Shown here: one piece after another, positions 24,470-36,924 of the stretch
Numbering within the stretch: position 1 is the stretch's first letter
Layout: the number at the start of each line of letters is the position of its first letter
NCBI GenBank assembly: GCA_013239625.1
Contig: MU053994.1
Coordinates: forward strand, 2,423,589-2,487,588
Direction of reading: 5' to 3'
Length of the DNA: 64,000 bases
Source of the DNA: Lama guanicoe
Taxonomy: Eukaryota
Made by a program: the position numbers and the translations under genes
Notes under the pieces: generated by a model
Databases searched by the model: none
What the model was told of the DNA's origin: nothing
The model's input: the letters and a program-made list of their open reading frames with translations, nothing else

Positions 24470-26230
24470 TCCAAACCAATCACAGCCAATCCCAGTGGCG
24501 GCCGCTGAAAATCTGTCCTCCAGACGGCCAAGGGCCACACACCCGGGGGGGGGGGCCCATCTTGCAGAAGGCATCCAAGGATTCCAGATCCCCGACTTTG
24601 TCTAGAGGAGAGTGGAGGGGCGGAGGGAGCGAGGAAGGGCCTGATCCATAGAGCGCACCGGGCCCAGCCCAGGGCCGTCAGCAGCACAGGGCAGCCGGAG
24701 ACACTCTCCCGGCTGGGCAGGGCCGGGCTCCTGTCACCAGGAAATCTTGTCACTCACAGATGGGTAAGTTCTGTTAGTACCTTGTCTCTGTTCTGGAAAA
24801 ACAGACTGTTCATACAGGAGAGAGAGTGGATTGAGGAGTTTTTAAAAAAAAACAAAAAAGAACAAAAAAGGAGACGTTGATGGCCGTGAACATAACGCCA
24901 TTTTTCTCCTAAGTGGTAACCGCTCAGTTTGTTTCTGCCCCTCCTGCGGTGTTTCCTAGGCTCTCGCTTCTTCAGATCCCTCCTTTCCATTCTGACCTAG
25001 TTCGGGCTCCTTCAAAAGCAGACCCTGAGACCAAGATTTGAGCATCATTGGTTTGTTCGGGAGGAACCGCAGGGGCGTCGGGGAGGGGAGCCTTGGAAGG
25101 GAAGGATGCATTGTCAAGAGAGTTACCGCCACGGGCCACGGGGTTCAACACGGCTGCCTTGGAATCTCCCACCTCGGAGCCAGGAGCCGAGTAATTATCT
25201 TCTAACTCCTGCTGTGCTGCTGAGAGCTTGGCCTGTGTGAGGCCTGGAGCAAGCCCTCCGGCGGAGGTCACCCGAGCGCGCAGTGGACCCCGCTGGCGCG
25301 CACAGAAACTGACAGTGCCGGGGACATCAGGGACGCCAGGGCCACGCCTGTGCCTGCTGCAGGCTGTTTTCCTTCAGACCTGTCCTCAGCCTTCTCTGCC
25401 AGCTCTTTATTTACACGCGATCAGCTGAGGATTCATGCTACCATCTCGACATCCATCTCCCAGGAACCTCGAATTGTGCCAAAGTCGCCTTGATCCCCAG
25501 ATTCTCCCTCTGAGTTTCGGAGAAGAAAGCAGTCAGCCTCCCTGCCTCAGAGACAACAGAAGCAGCCTCAGAGATGGGGGATTGGCACCGATCCATCCCC
25601 TCAGTGTGGGGGCAGGACGCCCCTCTTCCACCCCACCCCCCATTCCATTCAGGCCTTTAGAGGATCCCGACCCTGGCCGCAAACTGCCCTTGGCTGTCTT
25701 TTGAGAAAGGCCCGACTCCATCTTGCACTCTCCCTCAGCCTCGGCGTGCCCCAGAGCCCAAGGGTGGGCCTGGCGTCGCCTCCGCCTTCGTGCCTGTGCG
25801 CCCCGGGCCTCACCTCGCTTTGCTAAGCCTCCACGCTCGGTCGAGTCAGGCCCAGCTGTCATTGCTGTGGCCAAGCCTTGACACTGAGCGCTGAGGTTTG
25901 TTTTTATTTTCCGTTTCCAAGGCTCCTTCTCTCCCAGGAGCAGGAGGTGGCGGGGAAGCTGTAATTTGCTAAACAGGCATTAATCTTCACATCAGTCCCG
26001 AGAGGCAGGTAGAGCTTCTCAGTCAAAACACACAGAGTTGTGATTAGACGTGGCTGGCAGGATAATGCGCAGAGATTTGCACCTCCCTGGCCCAGCCCCG
26101 GCCTCCCCCGGGGGCGGCTGCCGACCTGGCCCCTGGGCTGTGGCTCACAGAGAATGTTCTCTCTGCAGGAGGGCAGGAGAGCCAGGCATCACGGCCATGC
26201 CACGGCTCCCCCGGCCCCCCCTCAGTCTCT
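24470..26230. promoter_or_regulatory. CpG-enriched, GC-rich region; candidate promoter or enhancer
   Basis: Visibly higher CpG density; CCAAT at 24476 and 24486, GC box GGGGCGGAG at 24617-24625, YY1-type CGCCATTTT at 24896-24904. Confidence 0.4.
24995..25300 (-). mobile_element. ERVL LTR fragment (LTR16/33-like)
   Basis: gggctccttcaaaagcagaccctgagaccaagatttgag...gtttgttcgggagg. Confidence 0.5.
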
Positions 26231-29200
26231 CTCCAGCCCTCCCCTCTTGGACAAGGTCTAGGGAAAGTGGCTTGGCCTTGGAGGAAGGCAGACCTGGGTG
26301 GAAATCTTGCTCTGTCACTTTTTCCCATTCCACAGATATTAATGAGTCCCTGTTACGTTCCTGGCACTTTGGGGTTCTGGGAATACAGTGATAAATGTTG
26401 GGGTTTCAGGAGGATCAATTAATAACACTCCTCTCTTCTCCTCCCGGCCAAATGAGAAATAGATGTAGAAGTCCAAAAGGTGGAGTTGAAAATGTTCTCT
26501 CCTACAGAAAAGGGGATATTGGCAGATGGGGCTTGAGATCTGTCGCAGTTGTCTCGCTGAGACTTGCCCCGGCATTGATCTGACCCGCTCAGCCACGGGC
26601 AGAGCTGAGGCCCACCGGGAGCTGAGATGATGTGCTTTTCTGGGTGGGCTGCCTCCCAAAGGGGACCCAGAAGGGGCTGAGACCCCCCCCGGAGCCTGGA
26701 TTCTTTGCTCCAACTCATCAGATAAGTCACTCGCTTTGTTGGGGTCCTTTGAAGGTGGTCCCTGAGATACGGATGTGAGTGCACACGGCGTATTTGGAAG
26801 GAGACGCTAGGGAACTTGGGGAGAGCACGTGGCCATGGGCCAAGAGTCACTGAGCCTGGCGCATGCTCGGTTCTCAGTAAATGATGTGTTTGTTCATTCC
26901 TCATTCTGCAGGCAAGGATGGGTGACCCTAGGATGTGGCAGTTTGGCTGCCCTGTTGTTCTTATGCTTGGGAGGGTGAGATGGGGAACAGGTGATATTAA
27001 CGGCAGTGGAGATGCTGGCAAAGATGTGGGTGAGAGGAACAAAGCGGGGGTGATCAGAAGGAAGCTGCAGCCCCTGCTGTGACTCAGGGGGAGAATAGAA
27101 TTATTAAAAGAATCTCAAGGACACCACGAACCAGATTTTACCTCTGGTTCCTGGGCCTAGAGAGTTCTGTGACCCCGACTTGGTCTTCCCTTGGGGCGAG
27201 AGATGTCACGGGGTAGATAGGCACACACGTGCTTACACAAGTATACACAAATACAGACACGTGCACACATACACGGGCGCACACAACACACCCACAAGTT
27301 ACTCACATTCACAAATACACGACGCGTTCTCACACATATATACAGAGGCTGGAAAGGTCTCAAAGGGCAGCCCTGGGGATGTGACCTCTTCAACAGGAAT
27401 CAGCCTCTGTCGGTGCGAAGGTCTGTGACCTCCCTTCTACCCACCGCCCCCAAGAACTAGTCAGGAGGTAGGTGCTGGCTTCTGTCATTTTCCCCACAAA
27501 CTCGCATCTCCAAGGGTATCCAAGCTGAAGGCCTCTCCCCTTGAACATGACCTGGAGGCCCAGTGGCAATGGCGGGCACTCTCCCCCGGGTCAGGGGCAC
27601 CCCTATTCGAGGGAAAGGTGAGATGGGACAAGGCAGGGCCGGGGCTCCGTCCTCGTAGCACACTCGGAGGCCGATGCGTCTGCCACTGGACAGTGGCTGT
27701 GGCTTCAGCGCAGGCAAACGGTCCAGGCACACCTTATCCAATGGGCAGATCAGCCTGGCACGGAAAGACCCCATGACCCTCATGGCCAATTTGGCTTCAG
27801 ACAAGAGAAGGGCATTTCTGGGGGCTGGCGGCTCTGTGGACGGCCAAAGGGAGAGAGACGGGTCGTGGTCACTGAGAGGAAGGGGGGCAGAGGAGCCGCT
27901 GGTTTTAGAACCGCGGACCCTGGTGTCTAATCATAAGTGAGGAGGGAAAGGGCCATCTTTTTCTAGATCCAACCGTCTCAGTGTTCCTCCTCTTGAATGG
28001 CTGCGGTGGGAGCTCCCTGTGGCTTTCAGGCTGGCAGCAGGTGAGGTGGAGATGGAGTCTAGAACGTGCCAGGTTGGGCCTCCTCGGGGATAATGTCTAT
28101 CAGCCCAGCCGGAGGGGAAGCCACCCAGCTCAGGCACTGGCCCAATAGCCAGCTCCCTCCCAGCACGAAGAGTCTGCTCTGTTTGCTTACATTAAACTCA
28201 ACCCCCAGGGAAGCCTCCCCGCCCATTAAAACGAACTTAACAATCTGGCAACTGACCTCAAGTTAGAAAGAAGATCAAAGCTTTCTGAGTTCAGCTCTTA
28301 CCTCCACCATCAAAAGGGCCCCAAAGGGAGTGGAAAGTGAACTTAGTTTTGCTGGTAGAGCATTAAGGTCAAGGTCAGGAATTGTTCTGGGCTGGGAATC
28401 AGCTTGACAGTCAACCAGGAGTCGCCTCCCCAGGAGCTCCGATGGGGGCTCCTGGTGGGGACCACCAAAAGCTGAGAAGTGAGGTCCCCATAGTCCCTCA
28501 GTGGTCCCTGGGAGGATTGCACCCAGGTGCCCTAACGGGGACCTGCCCAGTGGCATTTCCTTTATTGACTGCCTCCCATCACTGGCCCACGGCCCGGGGT
28601 CAGCCAGGGAGAGCTCTGCAGTTGGGGGCTGGCGGTCAGCCGGAGCAAGGGGCTAACTGGACCAGAGCTCTTGTCCTCCAGCAGGCTGGCCTGGCCCTGA
28701 TTATGTGGGGACTGAAGATTCCAAGAGCAGCAAGTGGACAAGCACCACCGTGCAAGTGTTTTTTAAGACTTGGCTTCCCATACTGTTGGTGATATACCAA
28801 ACCCAATGTCCAAGCTCAAGGTCAGCGTGGGAGGGCACTGCCAAAGGGCAGGGAAGAACTGGGGGCTAATTTTGCAATCCCTCCCGGGCAGCGGTTGCCA
28901 CCCAGCCTGGTGCAGAGGGTCTACCAGCACAGTCTTCCCCAGGCTACACCTCTGAGGGAGCTGTGGGCTATTCAGGACAGACTTACATTTGCAGCTTCAG
29001 ATCGGAGCCCCGGGCAGGAACGTAGAAGATGCTTGTCGAGTTCGTGGATGAATATTGAATGCACATCGCTTTTGTTGTCTGGGGAGCGGGGGTGGCGGGG
29101 GCAGCAAGAAGTCTTCAGCCTCATCCTGACTCTCCAAAGCCCTCTGTGGCCTGGGGGCCTCATCGGGTGTCCTTGTTCCAGACTGGGGACACCTAGGGCT

Positions 29201-29699
29201 TGTGCCGACAAATGATTACTTTCACCTCTCTCTTTTGAAAAATGGCCCATGTTTAAGGATTCATAAAACTTAGGGAATGCATCACTGAGCCTATAACGCC
29301 GTGAGAGCTCTATGTAGGGAACAACTTAAAAAGAAGATTCATCAAACTAATTTCTTCTCCCACCCTGCCCCCACCCCACCCCGCCCCTCTTTCCGCTCGG
29401 CCTGCTCAGAAAGATTTACAGCCGCATTGGCTGGGCTGCTACAAAGCCAAACTCCCAGCCTGCTCGTGTGGGAGGGGCAGTGAAACACCCTGGGCCTCGA
29501 TCTTTCTCTGGCTTTCTGTGCAGACAAGAGCTGTTTCCTGCTGATTCATCTATTCCAGAGGCTGAGCAAGGCCAGGACACCTAAGGAGTAAGGGAGGAGG
29601 GGCTGGGGGGATATTGGGAGGCAGGAAGGCTCTCTGTCATCCGTCTCTGAGGCAGAGTTTACACATCCCTATATGATGCCTCATGCCCTGTCCCCTGGA

Positions 29700-30620
29700 C
29701 CACCTCTGGGTTCGCTTGCAGCCACGGCGGACAGTGCCTGAGCCTGCTGACCGGGTCCCACCTCAAGTACCTGCCTCTCCCTCTATGCCTCCCTGCCTGG
29801 GGCTTTCTGTAAAGGCACAGGAGCTTGCTTGCTAGAGGGCAAGGCTCACTGCTAGGGTTTGACACCATCAGAGGCAACCCCAGGCAATGGGGGATGAGAA
29901 TCTTTGGATAAGTACTCCAGCTTCACAGCTGTAGCGGGCTGAATGGTGGCCGCCGAAAGATATGTTGGCCCAGAACCTATGAACATAAACTTCTTTGGAA
30001 AAAGGGGTCTTGTAGACATCATCAGGTTAAGAATCTTGAGATGAGATTATCCTGGGTTATCCAAATGGGCCCTAAAGCCAATGACAAGTGTCCTTACAAG
30101 AGAAGAGATGGGGCGAAGACACACAGAAGAGAGGGGGGCGTGAAGATGGAGGCAGAGGTTGGAGCGATGTGTCCACAAGCCAAGGAAAACCCAGGATTGT
30201 CAACAGTCACCAGAAGCTTGAAGAGAGGCCTGGAATGGATTCTCCCTGAAAGTCTCCAGAAGGAGGCGACCCTGCCAACGCTTTGATTTCAGACTTCCAG
30301 CCTCCAGACCTGGGAGGCAATCCATTTCTGTGGTTGTAAGCCACCCAGTTTGTGATACTTTGTTACAGCTAGCACACTAGTACAGGTGTCCTCAGTGGGA
30401 TGAGGCAGAGATGTGTTTAAAACAGTGCCTACGAGGGCCCCCAGTGGGATAGAGCCCCAGTTGCCCATAGGGGCAACTAGCTCATCTATACACCCTTATC
30501 AGCCTTGAATCCTTCCCTGTCTCACCACCCCCCAACTGCCCTACTGGGGTTTCCTGGGATCGCTTCCAAGTAAACCACCTGCACCCAAGTCCTTGTCTGC
30601 TCTGGGGACTCAGGGCACAC
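29700..30620 (+). mobile_element. LTR16-like LTR split by an MLT1
   Basis: ggataagtactccagctt before and gagccccagttgccc...gtaaaccacctgcacccaagtccttgtct after the insertion. Confidence 0.65.
29930..30384 (+). mobile_element. MLT1B/C LTR
   Basis: tgtagcgggctgaatggtggcc...gatttcagacttccagcctccaga...tttgttacagc. Confidence 0.85.
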
Positions 30621-30679
30621 AGTCCCATATCACTTGTTCCTTCATTAATTCATCCCATCACCATTTATAAGGGAGGCTT

Positions 30680-31270
30680 ATGGTAGACCAAATAATGCGT
30701 CCCCAAAGGTACCCACATCCTAATTTTTGGAACTTGTGAGTGGCACCCTCTCTGCCAAAAGGGACTTTGCAGATGTGATGAAGTTAAGAATCTTGAGGGG
30801 GAAGGTATAGCTCAGTGGTAGAGTGCGTGTTTAGCATGCACAAAGTCCTGGGTTCAATCCCCAGGGCCTCCATTAATAAACAAACAAACAAATCTAATTA
30901 CCTCCCACCCCCAGAAAAAACAACAACAAAAAAATCTTGAGATGTGAGGCTCATCCAGGCTTACCCGAATGGGCCCCAAATGATCCCAAGGGTCCTTCTA
31001 AGAGGGAGGCAGGAGGCCAGAATCGGAGGAGGAGAAAGTCACGTTGACTGTGAAAGCAGAGGTTGGAGTGACGCAGCCACCAGCCAAGGAGCAAAGAATC
31101 GATTCTCCCTCGGAGCCTCCAGAAGGGACCAGTTCTGTCACCACCTCGATTATAGCCCCATAAGACTCATTGCAGGCTTCTGACCTCCCGAATTGTAAGG
31201 TGATAACTTTGTGTTGCTTTAAGCCACTAAATTTGTGGTAATTTGTCACAGTGGCCAGAGGAGACTCATC
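30680..31270 (+). mobile_element. MLT1D-like LTR
   Basis: aaaagggactttgcagatgtgat...ttaagccactaaatttgtggtaatttgt. Confidence 0.85.
30798..30932 (+). mobile_element. Vic-1-type SINE inside MLT1D
   Basis: tRNA-Ala-like head, ctaattacctcc tail, TSD aatcttgag. Confidence 0.9.
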
Positions 31271-31271
31271 T

Positions 31272-31400
31272 GGTGGTTAAGAATGCAAGGATTGGGATTG
31301 GGCCTAACCAGGTTGAAGTCCTGGTTCTGCCACTCGTTGCTGTGGACCTTGGGCAAGTTATTTACCCTCCCCAAGCCTCAGTTTCCTCAGTTGGGAGACA
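31272..31400 (+). mobile_element. MIR fragment
   Basis: gaccttgggcaagttatttaccctc...gcctcagtttcctc. Confidence 0.7.
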
Positions 31401-31833
31401 AGGTCAGACGGGACACAGTCCTTGCCTTTGGTAAGCAAGATGTGATTCTGGTCTTTGAAGGGATTTCAACCTAGAAGCATGGATGAGACAATGAATGTCT
31501 GTGAAAAAGGGATTCCTGAGCCGTTGCCCAAAATGGAACAAATGTGCTCCTTGGCATCTTGGGCCACAGCCTTTAGGATCTCGGAACTGCGGCTCTTCCA
31601 CACCCCCCAGCTGGTGCAGAGGCTCCAGTGGTGCTGGAAGTCCGAGTTGTAAGAGCAGTGGTCATAGTAGTAATGATGACTGTCGCCACGGTTCTGACAG
31701 TACCGATGCCCCAGCCCTTGCGTTCCAACGTGCATTCAGTGTGGATGCTCGGCCTCCCATCTCAGAAGCCCTCCTCCTTGTCCCAGAGTCACTCAGAATA
31801 GCAGCTATCTTGGGTTCCTAAACCCAATTCCAG

Positions 31834-32582
31834 TGTCCGGGGAGGGTTCCGTCACACCAAAAACAAGCAACGCTCTGGACACCAGCTGGGTGTCTTGCAA
31901 CTCAACTCAACTCTGACACAATCTGCCTGGAGACAGACTCAGATCCCACAGGCTAAGGGCTCAGTGCCACAAGACTGCCTGCCCCCAACTTCAGATGCCA
32001 GTCACAAGCTCATGTAATCACCTGTGCATCTGAATAACCAGCTACAAATTGGAAGTTCCAACAACTCCCTCCTTGAAATTCAATGCCAGTCCCCAAGTCC
32101 CGGTTGTCACCTGTATTTCTGACCGACTGTCTGTAGAATGAAGGTTCCCATGACCCTCTCCTTCCTTGGGTTCAATTAATTTGCTAGAGCAGCTCATAGA
32201 ACTCAGAGAAGCATTTCACTCACCAGATCACCAGTTTATTACAAAAGGATATGAGTCAGGAGCAGCCAGCTGGAAGCAATACGTAGGGCAAGGTGTGGGG
32301 AAGGGGCATGGAGCTTCAGAGCCCCCTCTGGGCTCACTGCTCTCTCCACATCTCCATGTGTTCACCAACCTGGAAGCTCCCCAAACCCTGTCCTTTTGGG
32401 TTTTTATGGAGGCTTCATTGCAAGACACAATTGATCAAATCATTGGCTGTTCGTGATTGATTCAAATTCCAGTCCCCTCCCCTTCCCCTGGGTTGGGGGA
32501 GTAGAGCTGAAAGTTCCTACCCTCTAATCACATGGTTAGTTCCTTTGGCAACCAGCCCCCATCCCTGGGTTACCTAAGGGTT
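31834..32582 (-). mobile_element. MER21-family LTR
   Basis: ggacaccagctgggtgtc...cagatcccacaggctaagggctcagt; gggttcaattaatttgctagagcagctca; ccctctaatcacatggtt. Confidence 0.8.
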
Positions 32583-32816
32583 GTGTGTGGTGTGGGAGGA
32601 ACACAGAAGTTTCAAGATGGAACTTAGAGCTGCTGCTTCTCTCTCCTCCTCCTTTCTCTAGTCCAACACCCATCTCCTCCCTGCCCAGTGAGTCTGCAAT
32701 GTGGCTCCTTGGAGAGCTGGGGCTTGGAAACTACATGGTACACAGTGATGCTTGCTTTTGTTAAATGAAATGGTGCTGTCATCTTAAGAGACAGTTCAGC
32801 CTAGAAACAGAAACAA

Positions 32817-33452
32817 TGAAACCGAGCTGGACCCTGCAGGGCTTTCCCAGGTACAAAAGCCCTTCCGCGTCTCTTGTTTCTTGTTTGTAGAAAAAAAGGC
32901 TTTTGTCTCCTAGGCTTTCCCTGAGTTCTAAAGAGTGAACTCAAGCAGTTACTAATTAGGGAAGTGATGGAACTCAGACACAAAGGAAAAACAGTTAAGC
33001 AAGCAAAGTAATGACAATATACAGAGTCCTAGCTCCTCCTCAAGGGACATTCAGAACAATCTGATGCACGTCTTTGAGTCGTTCGACAGAAGCTTAGACC
33101 ATCCACCCAGGTGGAAGATGGTGACTGTATGCTGACCACAAGCAGGTGGCAACCCCAGACTGGTTAGAATAAGAAGGCTGATGATTAAGATTCCTGAAAC
33201 ATCACCCTGTTACCTCACCACCAACCAATCAGAAGAAAACCATGTACCCTGTAGCCCTCACCCCAAATGTTGCCTTTTAAAAACCCTTCCCTGAAAGCCA
33301 CTGGGGAGTTCAGGTCCTTTGAGCACCAGCTTCCCATTCTCCTTGCTTGGAGCCCTGCAGTAAATGCTGTACTTTCCTTCACCACAACCTGGTGTCAGTA
33401 GATTGGCTTTGCTGCTCAGTGGGCAAGTGGACCCAAGTTTAGTTTGGCAACA
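32817..33452 (+). mobile_element. ERV1-class solo LTR
   Basis: TG...CA termini; flanks acaa/ataa; ccaatc box, TATA-like tttaaaa, agtaaa poly(A)-type signal. Confidence 0.75.
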
Positions 33453-34309
33453 ATAAACCAATAGCACCAAAGTCCATGAAAAAGGATTGCCAAGCCACAG
33501 GCCGGAGGAATCCCTTCCATCTGGAATCGGGGCAGGATCTGTGGAGGAAGTGGCGTTTGTTTGCACTGAGGACGTGCAGGGATGGGGGCAGGGGGGTCCT
33601 GAAAGCTAACAGGAGAAACAGAGGCTGAGGCAGGAAGGGGTTTGTGGAGCCTCAGGAAGGAGCTGTCCCAGGTGACCTCCGCTGTGTCTGGTCACAGAGG
33701 GAGCCCCCTGAGCCCATCCCCAATCCTGGCCTCACACACCCGAAGCCCCGGCCACGCCACACTCCACCATGACAGCAGGGACCCTTTGCTGGGGGCTGGG
33801 AAGAGGGGAGCAGCAGGCAGCCATCTCCATTTTGCCTGGGGCTGGTCTTTCTTGGGACTTCAGGAAGGGGATACACTGACTACAGGACTGAAAGTGTGCC
33901 TGCTGCCTGGGGTTGGCTTCCCTCCCTCTCCCCTTCCCCCCACTGCCCCCACTCTACCAGGGTAAATCCGCACAAGCTTTGTGGCGCGGGGCAGGAGCAA
34001 TTCAGCCATGGGTTGGAGACTTTCCAGTTGTCCAAGCCATCATCCCAAGTCATTGCGATGGAATACCTGACACAGGTGAGCTCGTCACCATGTAGTTCCT
34101 AATAGTGAAAAACTGCAGATGACCTAAATGAACCATAAGAAATACATTTAATAAATGACAGTGTTTTCATACAACAGAACACTGGGCAGCCATTTAAAAA
34201 CTCAATGTTGATCTGTTTTTATTTAGGAAAATACTCAGATCCACTGTTAAGTGAATAAAGCAGTTTTGAATTAATTTGTACAGCATATCCTAATTTTGTT
34301 TAAAGAAAT

Positions 34310-35140
34310 TTTTTTTGGTTTTTTAAAACTGAAGTATAGTCGAATCACAATGTTGTGCTAGTTTCTGGTATACAGGGTAGTGATTCAGTTACACATATAT
34401 TTTGTTTTCATATTCTTTTTCATTATAGGTTATTACAAGATATTGAATATAGTTTCCTGGGCTCTACAGTAGAGCCTATTGTTTATTTTATATATAGTAG
34501 TTTGTATCTGCTAATCCCATACTCCTAATTTATCCCTTCCCCACTTTCCCGTTTGGTAACCATGAGTTTGTTTTTTACGTCTGTGAATCTATTTCTGTTT
34601 TGTAAATAAGTTCATTTGTGTCATTTTTTTTTTGGATTCCACATATAAGTGATATCATATGATATTTGTCTTTCTCTGACTTAGTTTGATACCCTCTAGG
34701 TGCATCCATGTTGCTGTGAGTGGCATTTCATTCTTTCTCATGATTGAGTAGTATTACATTGCGTGTGTGTGTGTGTGTGTGTGTGTATACACCACATCTT
34801 CTTTATCCAATCATCTGTCGATGGACATTTAGGCTGTTTCCATGTCTTGGCTATCATAAATAGTGCTGCTATGAACATTGGGGTGCATGTATCTTTTCGA
34901 ATTAGGGTTTTTGCCAGATGTATGCCCAGGAGTGGGATTGCTGGATCATATTTTTAATTTTTTAAGGAATCTCCATACTGTTTTCCATAGTGGCTGCACC
35001 AAATTACATTCCCACCAACAGTGTAGGAGGGTTCTTTTTTCTCCACACCTTTTCCAGCATTTATCACCTGTGGACTTTTGAATGATGGCCATTCTGACCG
35101 GTATGAGGTGACACCTCATTGTAGTTATGATTCGCATTTA
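34310..35140 (-). mobile_element. 5'-truncated L1 (ORF2 C-terminus and 3'UTR) with (GT)n at 34763-34786
   Basis: ORF 34946-35137 reads MRCHLIPVRMAII...[29 protein letters not shown]; flanked by older plus-strand L1 remnants. Confidence 0.92.
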
Positions 35141-36429
35141 AAGAAGTATGTTTTCATGTTTCTATTTAGAGAGGTGAAATTTGATGAGATATACACTGCC
35201 CTGTGTTAACAATGGCGATCTTTGGGTGATTTCGATTTTCACTGTGTTGCTCACGTATGTTGTTGGTTTGTAGTGTTTGTTGTTGTTGTTTTAAAATATA
35301 GTCAACACATATGACTTATATCACTTTAAAAGGCAAGTGTTTCTTTGCCCGGACTTCCTCCCTCGCGGTGTTACTTGGATTCTCCTACCTGGGCCTGCGT
35401 GAGCTCCCTGGGGAGGAACACCCACAATGGGGGACACTGAGAGTCCTGGGTGGCCGGGGTGTATGGTGAGGACAGCCCACAGCACCGGGACACGGAATCC
35501 CTGCTGGGGAGGAGGGTCAGGGCGGTCACTGTTGTTTGAGGGGCAAGCCCAGGCCATAAACTCAGAGGGAGGCCTGAGGGCAAAAGGCAGAGGCTGGAAA
35601 GCAGGGCAGGGGGGCCCCGGGGCTGTGACCAGCCATAAGCACCAGAGAGCTCCATTGTGGTCACGCTGGGAAGCTGGGGCCTCAAAGCAGCCACACAGGC
35701 CCGGCACAAAGAGCTGCTCAGTGCTGTTTGAGCTGGGTACTCTCCATCCCTTCACGGTGGGAGAGAAGGAGTTAACATCTGGACTCTTCCGATGGGAGCC
35801 TCTGAGAGCGCAGAGCCACATTTGTGAAAAATGGGCTCAATCTGATATTTGGAGAGCAATGAAATTGAACTCATTTCAAATTTTAAATGCCCAACATATT
35901 GAGACCCACCCTCTGGTAGATCTTCCAAATGAGTTTGCAAGCTCTCCATGCCTGGTTCCAGGAGGGGATTCACTGCTTTGCCAAAAATGTTCCTTTCCTT
36001 GAGTTGGAAGACTGGAGGCTCCGGGCTGGCAGGTGTCCCTGAGCCTGTGAGGCCTCGAGGTGCTGCCGAGCAGGCACCTCCTGCCCGGGGCTGGAGGAGG
36101 GATGGGCTTGCCTTCCTCTCTTGGGCAATGAATTTGATCTAATGGGACTGTCTAAATGTCCAGATACCGTGGCAATAGACACCCCATAAACACAGAGATA
36201 AACAGGTAGAGGGAGAGATGGAGGCCAGGATAATTTGCTTCGAAGTGCCTTTTCACTAGTATAAATAAAGCAAGAAAATAAAGTTGTTGGAGGCCCTTGT
36301 AATACTAATGCAAGGAGGAAATTAAGTGCTAATTACAGCATTAAGGATAAATGAAAGGACGTGTGTGGAGGGGGCAGGGGCGGGAGAGGTAAGAGAAAAG
36401 GTAGTCGCAACCATCGTTCTGGGCTCCAC

Positions 36430-36897
36430 CCCGAGGTCATCTGCAGCCAGTTCCCAACCACCTCCACTTCCTGTGTCTCTGCCAAAAGGCAGGCTCTAGT
36501 TGGGGTGGGGTGGGGGGCAGGTTGCGCTGGGAAGTCGGGGCAGGCTGGGTGTCTGTGCTCCAGGAGTCCAGGAGGGACCTTCAACCAATGAGGAATGGGA
36601 GTTGAAGGGCAAATACCCAAGCTTCCTGGTCTCTCAGTGGAAGGCTGATTCCGGATGTCTTCTATGTAGTCCCCCAGCCCCCACCCCCACCCCCAGGCCA
36701 CATTGCATCCCAGTGACCCACGGGACAGCCCGCCCATTACCAGCCCTTAATTGGCTTTCCCCACTTCCCTTTCTCACTTCCTCACCCCGTCACTGTGCTT
36801 CCTGTGATCACCTCCTGGCTAACAACTTGCAAACAACTTGCACCTACATCCTTGTCTCAGGGCCCATCTGCTTTGAGGGCAACTCAAATCAAGACAG
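36430..36897 (+). mobile_element. LTR16-like ERVL LTR
   Basis: tgcttcctgtgatcacctcc...ccttgtctcaggg...tctgctttgagggcaactcaaatcaagaca. Confidence 0.7.
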
Positions 36898-36924
36898 GCA
36901 GTTTTGCACCAGCTGACCAGTGAA

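Noticed and set aside
24046..27042. ORFs of about 200 aa at 24046-24651 and 26419-27042
   Set aside because: Pro/Gly/Ser/Arg-rich composition with no homology I recognise; partly overlap repeats.
27682..27697. Hairpin gccactg-ga-cagtggc
   Set aside because: A 7-bp stem is expected by chance in 64 kb.
29717..29738. REST/RE1 site (ggacagtgcc half site)
   Set aside because: The left half matches TTCAGCACC poorly.
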